Source of the DNA: the human T2T-CHM13v2.0 reference genome, Homo sapiens
DNA length: 64,000 nucleotides
Assembly (NCBI RefSeq): GCF_009914755.1
Contig: NC_060936.1
Direction: 5' to 3' (one strand)
Numbering within the stretch: the stretch's first letter is position 1; each line of letters begins with the position of its first letter. The notes under the pieces were generated by a model. It was given only the letters and a program-made list of their open reading frames with translations, did not search any database and was not told the origin of the DNA. Position numbers and translations under genes: made by a program. Shown here in pieces: positions 15,910-29,311 of this stretch.

Positions 15910-16880
15910 AAATCAGGCAATTTAAAAATCAGGTAATCAAGTAAAATCTTTGTTTCCTTTAGAGAATTTTCCCAAAATAGAAAATAGCTTAACAATGAAT
16001 GATTTTACAATCTTTCTTGAGGCAGATTATTTTGAGTGCCATTCAGGGTATTTCTGGGGTTTTGGACATTCACTGAGGATCAATGTACATTCCTCCTATT
16101 CTGGGTTCACTTTTTCTTGACCTTTAACTTTCACATAGTATTGATTACAACATTTATTCAATCGGAACATATGCCAGGAACTGTGTCATAAAATTTACAT
16201 ATGTATTATAATTTAAATATCACAGTCATTCTATGAAGTAAACATTTTAAAGATGAGGAAATGGAAGAGTTGCAATGAGAAACTTTCCTTTGAGCACACA
16301 GGCAGAAAGAAAAAGGAAATTGCACTCAAACAAATGGAGAGTTACAATGAGAAACTTTCCTTTGAGCACACGGGCAGAAAGAAAAAGGATTCAAATTACA
16401 CCCATACAATCAAAGTCCCTAAGAAATTTTCTTCAGATATTGCTTTATACTTTTTCATGTCTGAATCAGTGCTTGGAACTCTGTCAATAATCTGTAAAGT
16501 AGACTGTGAGTGAGAAAATGGCTTTTCTCTCTTACCAGAAGAAGGCTGGATCTCTGTGCCATATTATAGGAAAACTCATACGTATTGACTTTCTTCTAGT
16601 TCTCTCTAAAGTTCCAACCTACCTGGGCTTCCGTCTAAGGCTATATTTCCAAAATCTTTAAGGACAGAAATTGGTTGTTTATCTTCCCGTAATAACAATC
16701 CCATGTTCCTTTCGAATCCCCTGAGTTTAGTTGACATTTGACACTTGTTAGTTCCTTCAGATTCTGAAGAATAAATCCACATTCTTCATCCTTTGTCGAA
16801 GCCCCTTGACAATATTTTTTTCTCTTGCAGTTTTACCCAAATGGGTTGGGGATCTCCCGAATGGTAGAGTGTGTCCCTGA
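13221..16880 (+). CDS. MUCL1: Mucin-like 1 / small breast epithelial mucin, 4 coding exons, 90 aa secreted O-glycoprotein
   Basis: Hand splicing of 13221-13278 + 13754-13795 + 15408-15530 + 16831-16880 (58+42+123+50=273 nt) gives MKFLAVLVLLGVSIFLVSAQNPTTAAPADTYPATGPADDEAPDAETTAAATTATTAAPTTATTAASTTARKDIPVLPKWVGDLPNGRVCP*. All introns are GT-AG and phase 1; Kozak CCACCATG; protein recognised as MUCL1/SBEM. Confidence 0.97.
13754..13795 (+). CDS. MUCL1: MUCL1 exon 2 (QNPTTAAPADTYPA)
   Basis: Polypyrimidine tract ttttccttcttctctttcag| before it; donor A|gtgagt; 42 nt. Confidence 0.95.
15408..15530 (+). CDS. MUCL1: MUCL1 exon 3 (acidic segment plus Thr/Ala mucin repeats)
   Basis: Acceptor tttccttctaatttcag|; donor CAG|gtagca; 123 nt; matches the frame of ORF 15332..15577. 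Confidence 0.96.
15443..15514 (+). repeat. Coding tandem repeat, 3 x 24 nt (TTAAxTTA octapeptide)
   Basis: ACCACTGCTGCTGCAACCACTGCG / ACCACTGCTGCTCCTACCACTGCA / ACCACCGCTGCTTCTACCACTGCT. Confidence 0.9.
15870..15907. repeat. (GT)19 microsatellite in MUCL1 intron 3
   Basis: Perfect dinucleotide run. Confidence 0.95.
16259..16389. repeat. Tandem duplication of ~58 bp (period ~72-73) in MUCL1 intron 3
   Basis: aaatgg(a)agagttRcaatgagaaactttcctttgagcacacRggcagaaagaaaaagga at 16259-16317 and 16332-16389. Confidence 0.9.
16831..16880 (+). CDS. MUCL1: MUCL1 exon 4 coding part (VLPKWVGDLPNGRVCP*)
   Basis: Acceptor ttttttttctcttgcag|; TGA at 16878-16880; followed by a short 3'UTR. Confidence 0.95.
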
Positions 16881-17001
16881 GATGGAATCAGCTTGAGTCT
16901 TCTGCAATTGGTCACAACTATTCATGCTTCCTGTGATTTCATCCAACTACTTACCTTGCCTACGATATCCCCTTTATCTCTAATCAGTTTATTTTCTTTC
17001 A

Positions 17002-17007
17002 AATAAA
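17002..17007 (+). terminator. MUCL1 polyadenylation signal AATAAA
   Basis: About 120 nt after the stop codon, followed by a GT/T-rich element at ~17032-17070. Confidence 0.85.
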
Positions 17008-17364
17008 AAATAACTATGAGCAACATAAAAATGGTATTTCTTATGGGCTATGGGGTGGTTGTCCATTGTTTAGACAATCCAAGTGACAGACACTTCAGAT
17101 TTTACCTAATACTTCCTTGTGCTCCTACTAATAACTAGACTTCCTATTTATTTCAGTTTCTTTTTTAAATAAGACACTAGTTTTGGGCATAATACTAAAG
17201 ACTAGAGATTTCTCTAATATGGATAGACTAATCAATACTTACTAGGTACAAATGTTCAGTTTGATTCTGCCAAACTCTCCTATCAACTGACAGAATTTTT
17301 TTCTTACCTGTAATGACTTAGCATGTGTGGTAAGAAAGAAGAAAGGAACTCCTGGCATCTGGGT

Positions 17365-20200
17365 ACTGGTTTGACACAGCCAAGTTTCAGAGTTGTTAGA
17401 AGCTGACTGGATGCTCACAGTTAGGCAATGGTGTTTTCCTGTTGGACACAATCTCACAAAATACCAGCATCAGACAAGGCCATTCAGTGACTGATGAATT
17501 GAGAGTAAAAAGAAAAACCAATGCATATTTTTTTAAGCACAGACAAAACCGGAGTTAGTGTGCAAACCATAGAATACTAAACATTCCTCTCTCTCATTCA
17601 GTGGTTCCTGCTTCATTATGAATTATAGGTTAAGCTTCACTGTAGTCTGCCCTCCTTTTAGATACTGTTTATCAACACACCTAATCTTAGCATTATTTGT
17701 GTTTGCTGACAGCATCCAATCCAGAGGTTAGCCTCACTTCCCTGATCACTCCCTCAAATCTCCTGACTCAAGCCCAAATCCTAAAATACTCTTTTCTAAC
17801 ACCCTGACAATAAGACACCTCTCTCAGTTCCCCATGGTGTGTGCTGTCTCCCATTGAAACAAGTAAGAAATCCAACTTTTTCAATCCAGATGTGCTCCTG
17901 GTTGTCACTGGCTAGAGGACTTTGACGCCTGAATGCATAATTGGGATGACTATTATATATGAATAAGACATGGTATATTGGTTTTTTTCACTGACTTGGT
18001 TATGATCAGATTCATCACTGGAACCTTGGACATCTCACTTAGGACTCTAATTGTGTACCTTTGAAGGCTTCGTCTTCACTCCTGACTGATTGATCACGGA
18101 TCCATTGGTGGGTCAGACTCTTGAAGCATTACTCTGGATGATGTTGATAATCAGTAAGGACAGACTGTTATTAAGATTCTGTGTGTATTCTAGAAGCTGG
18201 GTTAGAGTCGCAGATGGAGGCAGCGTTAGGATTCTGTGCTTTCTGTTTGTAAGAAGCTAGGTTAGAGTCCCAGGAAAGCAGAAGTTATGTCAGAGGCTCA
18301 GGTTTCATTGTTTCAAATACCTGTGGGGCTGGAGGTCTTTCTTACTGCTTCTTTGTTTGGAGTAAGGATGATTCTTTTCCTGACTCCTGGCTCTGACCCT
18401 GGCCATGGGCTGGAAAATTCTTCTTAGCTCATTTGTTTCAAGGGAGGATGCAGTCCGTGACTCCTGGGCTGAACATTTTCTTTCCCCCGGTTCTTTGTGA
18501 GGTCTCTTTGTTTTCTCTATTTGATCCTGTCTCTCTCATGGGAACTTTTTAATTGACTAAAATCCCCTCCTTGAACTCCTGCAGACTTTATGCTTCTCTG
18601 AATCTGTCTACCTCCTTTCATTTGGCATGATTTTGCTGAGGTTAATTTAGAACTTCATTGACCTCTTTGGGAAACTTATGATCTCCCCAAACTGGCTTCT
18701 CTAAGACTTCTCCTTTTCCATCAGTTCCTCTCTTCCTTCTTCTTACCACCTTGAATCTTCCCTTCAGCACCTTTGAATCCTTTGATATGTCTCCCTTTAA
18801 ACCCTACCGTTTCTACTCCTCTGTTCACTTCTGCTGGACTTTTTGCTTCATACTTCAATCCCTCAGCTCCTTATAATCACTTGAACTCTAAACCTTCTGC
18901 TACCATTGGGGGCTTTTAAGGGACTCAGCTTCCCCCAGTAGCAACTACCTGAGGCTTAAGATGTAAAAGGCTAATTGGAAACACACTGGATATTTTATTA
19001 TCCATTTAGACGGGTATTGAAGCTCTCCAAACAGATGCTTGATGTCTCCTTAGTCCCTGGACTAGAATCTAGTCCCAGCCTCCATTAAATTGTCCATCAG
19101 AGCAATGAAAATCTTAAAGATGTTTCAACAAATAATACTTATTTCAACAAATAATGGTAAGAACTTTAGCCTTATGTTGAACAGGCAAATTTACCATGTT
19201 CCATTTTTGCTAGAAACGCAATTAGGATAAACATTTAAAATGGTAAAAAGATGAGATTCAACTGTTTTATACAAAGCAGTGTTTTATATTATTGACTCAT
19301 AACTAATCTTTAAAATGAAAGCTATAGAATATCTGTTTTCATCAGTAAGCATGCATGTTTATGCATATTTATGTATGTTTATGTATGTATGTTATGTATA
19401 TGTGACATTTTTCTATTGCTGGATTACCAAATTAATGTAGAAACTCTCTTAAAGAACTTGTATTCAATTGGCTTAGAGATTGGTCAGTGCTTATATATAT
19501 TAAATATTCCCCAAACTCCCAGATATATAAGGACTAACCCAAATATCTTTCAAGTTCTGGTGACTTAGGTGCATTTTTGGTAAATAAGATTATTTTAATA
19601 TTGTTGGTTCAATAAAAACAGCTACATTTTCTGACTGATTAGCATTAAGTATATGAACATACATTTTTATTCTTCTTGAGCTTACTAGTCAAACTAATAT
19701 TATATATACTCGATGTTTAAGATTATAACATTTACAAATTCAATCTAAGGACAAATGTACAAGCAAAGATCCAGTAAAAATGAAATACGATTATCTCATG
19801 GTGTGTGCAACGGATTGGCTCCAAGACACTTCCCATCCACTCGCCACCTGCGAATACTGTATTTTCAATCCGACTTTGGTTGAAAAACATCTGTGTGTAA
19901 GTGGACCTTCACAGTTCAAACCTGTGTTGTTCCAGGGCCAACTGTTCTTGATATCTATTACTTAATATATCAAGGACAGTAGTAAAGAGAAAACAAATCC
20001 CATGTACTTAGCTTTTTAGGTTTTTGCTTTTGTAATGCATGCTTAACATGTATGTGTTGTAAAAATAATTTAACAGATACTAATTTGTGAATGATGACTA
20101 GTTTTATTTGGTGTTACAGTATGTCTGCCTAAAAAGAGTTTCAAAACTTAAGTGACTAGCAACCTAAGAGCTATGCTAAGTGAGGTAATACATATTCATT
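17365..20200 (+). mobile_element. ERV1 MER4-group provirus remnant: LTR (~17365-17926, MER34/MER39-like) plus internal leader
   Basis: LTR end ccaactttttcaatccagatgtgctcctgg...ctggctagaggactttgac; MER4-group internal motifs (tattcaattggcttagag, ttttggtaaataag). Confidence 0.55.
19790..19944 (+). mobile_element. MER8-like Tigger MITE nested in the ERV internal sequence
   Basis: ggttgaaaaacatctgtgtgtaagtggacc..cagttcaaacctgtgttgttccagggccaactg. Confidence 0.7.
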
Positions 20201-20474
20201 AATAATTTCTTTTTTAGACTAGAAATGTATTGCAATTTATTTAAACTTTTTGTGTGTATAGATGTAAATAGTTGCCAATATTTCCCGTTATAAACAGTGA
20301 TATGATGAATATTCTTGTACAAGAGTGATTTTACACATGAGCAAATAAAGCTGTAGGATAAAATCCTAGGAATAGAATTGCTAAAGTATAGATAGATTTT
20401 AAATAATCATATGTGTTGTCAAATTACTTACCACAAAGATTGTATTAGGATGAACCTGAAGAAATTGCTGTTTT

Positions 20475-21405
20475 ATTTCTTAATGCATTATAATAGTATA
20501 TCTTTATGGGGCACAATTTGATGTTTTGATACATATATACATGTTGTCTAATGATCAAATCAGGACAATTTGTGCATTCGTCACCTCATGCCTTTATTTT
20601 TTCTCCCAGGTGATAACATTGAAAAGCCTCTCTTCCTGCTATTTTGCAATATACAATATCTAACTGTTAACCATAGTTACTCTTCTGAGCAATAGAACAC
20701 CAGAACTTATTCTTATCTAATTGCAACTTTGTAGTCATTTACCAACCCCTTCCCTCATTGTACTTCCCCCTCCTCTCCTCAGTCTAGTAACCACTGTTCT
20801 TGTAACTTCTAGGATATCAACTTAAGAAAATTGGATTCCACAGATGACTGAGCTCATGTGGTATTTGTCTTCCTGTGTCTGGCTTATTTCACTTAACATA
20901 ATGTCATCCATGTTCATCCATGTTTTGCAGATGACAGGATTTCATTCTTTTTTATGGGTAAATACTATTCCATTGTGTATATATACCACAAATTTTGAAA
21001 TCCATTCATCCATTGTTGGACACTTAGGTTGATTCCATATCTTGACTACTGTGAATACTACTACAATAAACATGGGAGTTCACGTATTTCTTTGACATAC
21101 TGACTTCATTTCCTTTGGCTACATACTCAGTAGTGAGATTGCTAGATTACATGGCAGGTCTATTTTTAACTTTTTGAGGAAACGCCACACTGTTTTTACA
21201 CAATGGTTGTGCTAATTTACAATCTCACCAACAGTGTGCAAGTCTTCCCTTTTCTTCACATCCTTGTGAACACTTGTTTTCTTTTGTCTTTTTGATACTA
21301 GCCATTGTAGTTGGTGTGAGATAATATCTTGTGATTTTGATTTGCATTTCCCTGATGATTAGTGATGTTGAACATTTAAAAAACATATTTGTTGGCCATT
21401 TTTGA
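20475..21405 (-). mobile_element. L1MA 3' end
   Basis: L1MA 3'UTR plus ORF2 C-terminus (ORF 21225..21416, [10 protein letters not shown]). Confidence 0.8.
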
Positions 21406-21974
21406 GGTGTAGGCAACAGTGGATGTAGTATGTGGGAACACTGAACTCATTGTGCTAGTGTTTCTCAGAGCTAAAGGAATCCAGAGAATTCTGTATGCTG
21501 TATCCAAGTTGGTGGATGAAGCTCAGGCCATGGAATACCTTTTCATAGGCTGTAGAAAGATTCAGTTAGACATTTTTCAGTTCAAAGAAATTCCACTGAG
21601 GTATTGTATGGTGGAGAAAAGTAGAAAGAAGAAGAAAAAAAGCTTACTAGGCTCTTTAGTTCTGTCTCCGTTTGATCTAGGCATAATACTCCTATCAAGG
21701 TTTATGTGATCATACAAGAAGTCAAGGAGACCCTCCTAAAAAGTAAGGGATTGACCATTGCCTGAGTTCCCATTTCAAGCTGTCTATAATTTCAGTGGTA
21801 AGTTAAGAAAATCGTAGGAAATCAGACCATGGCAGGACAAAGTTTGGACATTCACCAGAAAACATGGTAGTATCTGGTATGACACGAGAATAGGAGTGGT
21901 CTTTAGGGAGAATATTTTAAGGTATGTGCACCATGAATTTCCAGAGAGTGTCCTCTGTAGAATTAGATACAAGT

Positions 21975-22479
21975 TATTCTCACACCTACGGCCAACTGAT
22001 TTTCAACAAAGGTGCCAAGAACAGCACCTTGGGGAAAAGACAGTCTCTTCAATAAGTGATACTGAGAAAACTGTATGGCCACATATAGATGAATGAGACT
22101 AGACCCCTACTTCTCACCATATACAGAAGTAAGCTAAAAATGGCTCAAAGACTGAAATATAAAACCTGAAACTATAAAAATACTAAATGAAAACAGAAGA
22201 GAAGTCCCTCAAAACTGAGCTGGGCAAGTATGTTTTAAACAAGAACTCAAAAACACAGGCAACAAAGCAGGAATAAATAAATGGGATTACATTAAAAAAT
22301 ATTTGCAAAGCAGAAGAAAAAATTAACAGAGACAACTCATAGAATGAGAGAAAATATTTGCAAACTATGCATCTGACAAGGGGTTAAGATCCAGAATATA
22401 TAAGGAACTTAACAGCAAAGAAAACCAAGTAACCCAATTTTAAAATGAGAAAAAGACCTCAATAGACATTTCTCAAAAG
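21975..22479 (+). mobile_element. L1MA ORF2 fragment, inverted relative to 20475-21405
   Basis: ccaactgattttcaacaaaggtgccaaga...aatagacatttctcaaaag. Confidence 0.8.
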
Positions 22480-24398
22480 CAGTTGATATTGGATCTGTCC
22501 TTTTCTCCTATCTTAGAATTCTACCTTAGGATTTCAAAGTTCAAGGTCTGAGAGATGCCTTATAGCGATCTTCTCTTCCCCTCTCAACTCCAATGCCCCT
22601 GTCTTTCAAGCACTAACAGTTCCTAGTACCTTTCAGAATCACACTTACTCCTTAGCAATTTTTTTTTTCCCAGTGAGAAAAACCACATACATTTAAATTC
22701 AGGTACAAAAACATTGTCAACAGCTGAGAAGCTGCATCTCCAGCTAACTTTCTTACATATTTTAAAAATCAAACTCTTTATATGAGTCATTTTCAAATAA
22801 ACTCACTGGAAATACAGAGACTACAGTAATATGGTTTTCCTCATTTGCATACATAATTCATTACTAGGAAAATAAAATATTTAAAAGCATTAGCAGTAAT
22901 TAAGAAAGTCCAAAATAAACGTACAGTTACAATTACTGGTTGTGGTTGAATGATCTTCCTTGGAGACCTATGCTGTTTATGAGTGGGAGAGACAGAGTCT
23001 GTTTAAATTAACTTTTGAGTTTCTCCAGAAAATTAACATATGGGGATTTTCTTAATGAAACCACATTCTTCATAAAACCACTCATTTTAATGCACTTATT
23101 TATTGATGAGCTGCTAGGATTGTACACACATCTTGCCTTTACTTTCCAAAACCTGGGTTGCAGTGACTTTGTCTTGTCTTTTTCCATATGCTAATTGAAT
23201 TGCTAACTCAGCCATTTACATTGCTAATGTGCAAAGACATTAAGACAATAATAATAATTCTGCTACAGGTAGGAAATTCTTACTTTACATTCAGTACTCC
23301 CTGATGTCTTGTCAGACCACATTCTTATTTCCCATTTTCTACTGGAAATAAAATATAGATATTTGCAAATTTTGTAAGATCTAGTTTTCAGAGACTTCAT
23401 GGTTAAACAGCATTTATTAAGAAGCTGCTTTCTCCACAGCCCTGAATTTAATGAATAGAAGAAAAGTCCCCTTAAACTTCTGGGAAGTAATTTTCTTCAA
23501 GTCTCATAAAGGAGTAAAAATTATTGTTTGTTCCAATAAGCAGGTGAAGGAATGAAATAAATTCGAGTGTAATCTTCTTGTATCAAATTGCTATGTTCAG
23601 ATTGTTTCTTAGAAATGCTAGAAAGACTCAGATTGTCAAAGGCTAGGGATAAGAAAATATTGACTTGTGAGAATAAAAACCTTCTTTTTTTTCTTCTGAC
23701 TTTTATTTTAGCTTTGAGGATACATGTGCAGGTTTGTTACATGGGTAAATTGTGTGTTGCAGATGTTTGGTGTACAGATCATTTTGTCACCCAGGTAATG
23801 AGCCTAGTATCCAATAGGTAGTTTTTCTTTCTTTTTGTTTCAAACAATTATTTGCATGCTTTATTACTTGGTTCAATTATATACATTATTATACCAGTAA
23901 TAGGGGTTTTCTGGGAATTTACCAAATATAAAACAAGCAGAGAAACAAACAAAAACAATCTTTAAATAAAAGTATTTCCTCCATGGAAAAAAAAAACAAG
24001 TATTCAAATTAATTTTGTCTCTAACTAATGAAAACCTTTCTGGAAGAGTCCTATCATTTTCTTTTTGGCACCAAATTTATTCATAATTAAAAGTTCTGAC
24101 TTGTTGCTAATAAAAGATGTCAAAAATGATCTGAAGCACTGCTAAAATTAACCTTGAATTTTGACTGAAAGAAGAAAACCCAATAAATTGCAATTATGTC
24201 ATTCCATTTAAGCCTTGACATGATGCTTTTAGATGCTTTAATTTAGACTTTTAGATGCTTTAATTTGAAGATGTATTTGAAGGATTTTCCACTTAGTTCT
24301 TGATATTTTAGGGGGAAGACTTACATGATAATTAGGATAAAGCTTCTTGTTTTATTCTTTGAATGGATCTCCAGCAATCAGGAAGGCAGCTAGAGTGG

Positions 24399-24510
24399 TG
24401 TATTAGTCTGTTCTCACAATGCTAATAAAGACATACCCAAGGGTGGGTAGTTTATAAAAGAAAGAGGTTTAATTGACTCACAGTTCCACATGGCTGGGGA
24501 AACCTCATAA
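24399..24510 (-). mobile_element. THE1 LTR 3' part
   Basis: tgtattagtctgttctcac...ttaattgactcacagttccacatggctgggga. Confidence 0.85.
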
Positions 24511-24676
24511 ATAGTGTTCATCCCCTGAAATGATCTCAGGTTGCAAAACACAGTAGTTTATACCCAACCCAATGTTTGTAGGTTGGAATGTGGTGATTGC
24601 GATGGAAAAAAACAGTGGGTTTAGGGATGCAGAGAGGGGAGCATTGGGCCCTAAATTCAAGATGTCCCTCCTCATT

Positions 24677-25230
<554 letters not shown>

Positions 25231-27424
25231 ATAGGTAGTTTTTTGATTCTCATCCTCACCCTCAACCCTCGAGTAGGTCCCAGTGTCCATTGTTCCATTC
25301 TTTGTGTCCATGTGTACTAAATGTTTAGCTTCCATTTATAAGTGAAAACATGTGGTATTTGGTTTTCTGTTCTTGTATTAATCCATTTAGGATAATGGCC
25401 GCCAGCTCCATCCATGTTGCGGCAAACGACATGATTTTATTTTATTTTTTTAGGGCTGCATGGTATTCCATGGTGTATATGTACCACATTTTCTTAATCC
25501 AGTCCACAATTGATAGGCATCTAGGTTGATTCCATGTCTTTGCTATTATTGTTAATAGTGCTGGGATGAACATACACGTGCATGTGTCTTCATGGCGAAC
25601 AGTTTATATTCATTTGGGTAAATATGCAGTAATGGGATTGCTGGGTTGACTGGTAGCTCTGTTTTAAGTTCTTCGAGAAATTGCCAAACTGCTTTCCACA
25701 GTGGCTGAATTAATTTACACTCCTGCCAACATTGTATAAGTGTTCTCTTTTCTCTGCAACCTTACCAGCATCTGTTATTTTCCTGACTTTTTAATAATAG
25801 CCATTTTGACTGGTGTGAGATGGTATCTCATTGTGGTTTTGATTTGCATTGCTCTAATGATTAGAGATGCTGAGTATATTTTTGTAAATTTGTTAGCTGT
25901 GTGTATATCTTCTAAGAAATGTCTGTTCATGTTCTTTGTCCATTTTTTAAATGGGGTTATTTGTTTTCTGCTTGTTGATTTGTTCAAGTTCCTTATAGAT
26001 TTTGGACATTGGACCTTTGTCAGATGCATAGTTTGCAAATATCTTCTCTCAATCTGCAGGTTGTCTGTTTACTCAGTTGATAGTTTCTTTTACTGTGAAG
26101 AGATGCTCTTTTGTTTAATTAGGTCTCACTTGTTAATTTTTTGTTTTTGTTGCAATTGCTTTTGGAGTCTTCATAATGAAATCTTTGCCAGGGCTGATGT
26201 CCAGAATGGTATTTCCTAGGTTTTCTTCTAGGGTTTTTATAGTTTTAGGTTTTACATTTAAGTTTCTAATTCATCTTGAGTTGATTTTTGTATATGGTGA
26301 AAGGAAAGGGTCCAGTTTCAATCTTCTGCATATGGCTAGCATGTTATCTCAGCACCATTTATTGAATAGGGAATCCCTTCTCCATTGCTTATTTTGTTGG
26401 CTTTGTCAAAGATCAGATGGTTGGAGGTGTGCGGCATTATTTCTCTACCCTGTTCCATAGGTCTATATGTCTCTTTTTTGTATTGTTCTATGCCATTTGG
26501 TTACTGTAGCCTTGTGGTATAGTTTGAAGTCAGGTAGCATGATGCATCCAGTTTTGTTCTTTTTGCTTATGATTGCTTTGGCTATTTGGGCTCCTTTTTG
26601 GTTTTCATATTAATTTTAGAAAAGTTTTTTTCTAATTCTATGAAAAACGTCATTAGTTCCATAGAAATAGCCTTGAATCTGTAAATTGCTTTGGGTAGTA
26701 TGGCCATTTTGCCAATGTTGATTCTTCCTATTCATGAGCATGGAATGTTTTTCTATTTGTTTGTGTTATCTCTGTTTTCTTTCAGCAGTGTTTTGTAATT
26801 CTCACTGTGGAGATCTTCACTTCCCTGGCTACCTGTGTTCCTGGGTATTTTTGTTCAACATTCCTTTGGTGGCTATTATGAATGGAATTGTGTTCTTGAT
26901 TTGGCTCTCAGCTTGGATGTTGTTAGTGTATAGAAATGCTACCAGCTTTTAAAAATTGATTTTGTTTCCTGAAATTTTGTTAGAGTTGTTTATCAGATCT
27001 AGGAGCCTTTGGGAAGAGACATTTGGATTTTCTAGGTATAGAATCGTATCATCTGCAGAGATAGTTTGACTGCCTCTCTTCCTATTTAGATGCCTTCTTT
27101 TTTTTTCATTTGCTTGATTGTTCTGGCTAGGACTTCCTAAAATCCTTCAAGTTGGGAAGATTCAAGACTTACCAGATTTATGTCTTTTTTGGAGGTGATG
27201 ATAGGATGGTCCTCTAAAGAAGAAAAGAAGAAATTTATAGTTTTACAGTGTAACATATTTGGGAAACAGTGAGGGAAACATTAGGAGTATATGGTCTCTT
27301 CCCCAATGAATAGCCCCTTGCTGAAAAATAACTTGTATCAGTAGTTGTGGAGCAAGAGTAGGTTTACCTCAACCCAAACTTTGGTTCTTAAAATGTTTAA
27401 TGTTATAGGCGTTTTACTCACATC

Positions 27425-27462
27425 AAGAAAATAATGACAAAAAAAAAAAAGAAAATAATGAC
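27425..27462 (+). mobile_element. Solo poly(A) insertion with 14-bp TSD
   Basis: AAGAAAATAATGAC-(A)10-AAGAAAATAATGAC. Confidence 0.6.
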
Positions 27463-29311
27463 TACTTCCCTTCCTTACAAGGTATATTGAGATTGAGTAC
27501 AATGGAATCTGTGCTACCCAGTATGCACAGTCATATGGAGAAATAAAGGACTTAACATCGGACTGACTGATGTGTAGACTTTATTTCTCTCAATCTAATC
27601 TGCTCTAGCTCTGTAGACAAGTGTCTGACCTATACTTTCCTTCCTATGCCATCAGGAAGGATTCAAATGCCCAGTTAAATTCAGTCCTCACAAAGGAAGT
27701 TTATTTGGATGGCTAACAATCCTTCTCCATTTAGACTCAATATAAGAAGGCTAAACTTGGATCTAAATTGTAAATCTGTCTTTGGCTTGAGGGTGGGCAC
27801 AACACAAAGTATGTGGTTAGAGAGAATAATGAGACCAGTAACTGAAAGACATAATTAACATCAATCCACCCTCCTTCAATTAATTAAGTCTCCTTCAAAT
27901 ATGCTTGATTAAAAATTTTAAAATTCAATTTTGGGGTACTATTTGGACATATGGCTATTTACTAGGAGATTGTCATGCCCATTGATATCAGGAATGGCAA
28001 GGACTTCATGATAAAGTGTGGCAGGACAGCTCTACTGCTGAGGAAAAGGATAGAAACTGGGTTCCAGGCCCAGCTCACAGATTTGTTAACACTAGAGAAA
28101 TACAGGTACTAGGAAGAAACTTTAGCTCTCATGTGCAATAGGATGGTTCAACCCGATAAGAATTGTTTGCAGAGAAACAACCATTTGAAGAACCAACAAC
28201 TCAACCTGAGAGCTGAAGGCTAGAACACAGGTGTTTGGATTTGCGGTGAGCCCTACTTTTTGTCACCTGCTGGTCAGACTTCAACTTCGGTGGCTAGTCA
28301 CTACCAAGCTGTGACTCCTTTAACTAAAATATTTGTGTGACAGCAGTCATATTAAACCTTTTTTTGAGGATATGACTTCTAGTGGAGAAATTACATGAGC
28401 TTGATATATCTTTTTTTCCACTGAGTTCTTTCTCCTCACCTGTCTTTAGTAAGCTTGTTATACTAATTAAGCCCTTTGACACCTTTCGCTTGCACCATTC
28501 ACTAAGCATATAAGTATTCTCATATTTTTCCATTCTTAAAATAATTATTTTCTCTACATTTCACCTCATCTATCTACCAAATCATTTATTCTTTTTCCAT
28601 TTGTAATAAACCTTTCACAGCGGTGAAGGAGTGTGGATGTGCTAAGTTGGCAATATTCAGTCAATAATTATAATAAGGATTGAAGAAGTCTTGGAAGTTT
28701 TATTATCTGGTGGGTGAAGTGAGAGTGAATGTCAGTTCATCTTCCTTAACAATTTCTGTCCCAATAACCTTAATGGAGTTGACTTGAATCAGAGAATTTG
28801 TAGTCTCACAGTTTGTGGAATACTGAAACACTGATATAGAAACTCCTGAAAGCAGCAGGATAAATATTTGAACAGAAGAGTGCTCATGTGAAGTTTGATC
28901 CAGCATGCCACTCAACATCAGGCTGCCCAGGAAATTAAGCAGTGCCTTACTGATATGAGCCAAAAAGTAACCAGTCATTTGCGTATGAAGGACAATAAAA
29001 AATAATCAAGTTATACTGTATGTATCCTACATTTTCAAAGTGTGGATTGCAACTTGGAGCCACTATTTCTTTTGTCCTCTTTCCCCCATCTCTGTTATGG
29101 ACATGATAGTCTGTGGGAAAGATACATACACATACAAACATACATTCACACATCCTGAGATAGATGTGCTTGGTTTTTGGAATTTTATCCCAGTAAGAGA
29201 GGAAAACAGCAGATATTTTGTCTACACTTTGGCATTTTAAAGAGTGCTAAGGATTTTTCTAATTCTAAAGCTCTACCTTGTATATAAAGATAATTTTTTT
29301 TCCCTGTAGAC

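Noticed and set aside
16259-16389. CRISPR-like repeat-spacer pattern
   Set aside because: Only two copies, eukaryotic intron context, no cas genes.
20190-22863. acatattcatta / acataattcatta as the TSD of a larger retro-insertion starting at the T-run near 20205
   Set aside because: The match is imperfect and AT-rich, and the ERV sequence does not visibly resume after 22863.
25740-26952. Hydrophobic ORFs resembling membrane proteins (also 67..360, 645..1022, 31805..32987)
   Set aside because: They are antisense readings of A-rich L1 or AT-rich DNA.
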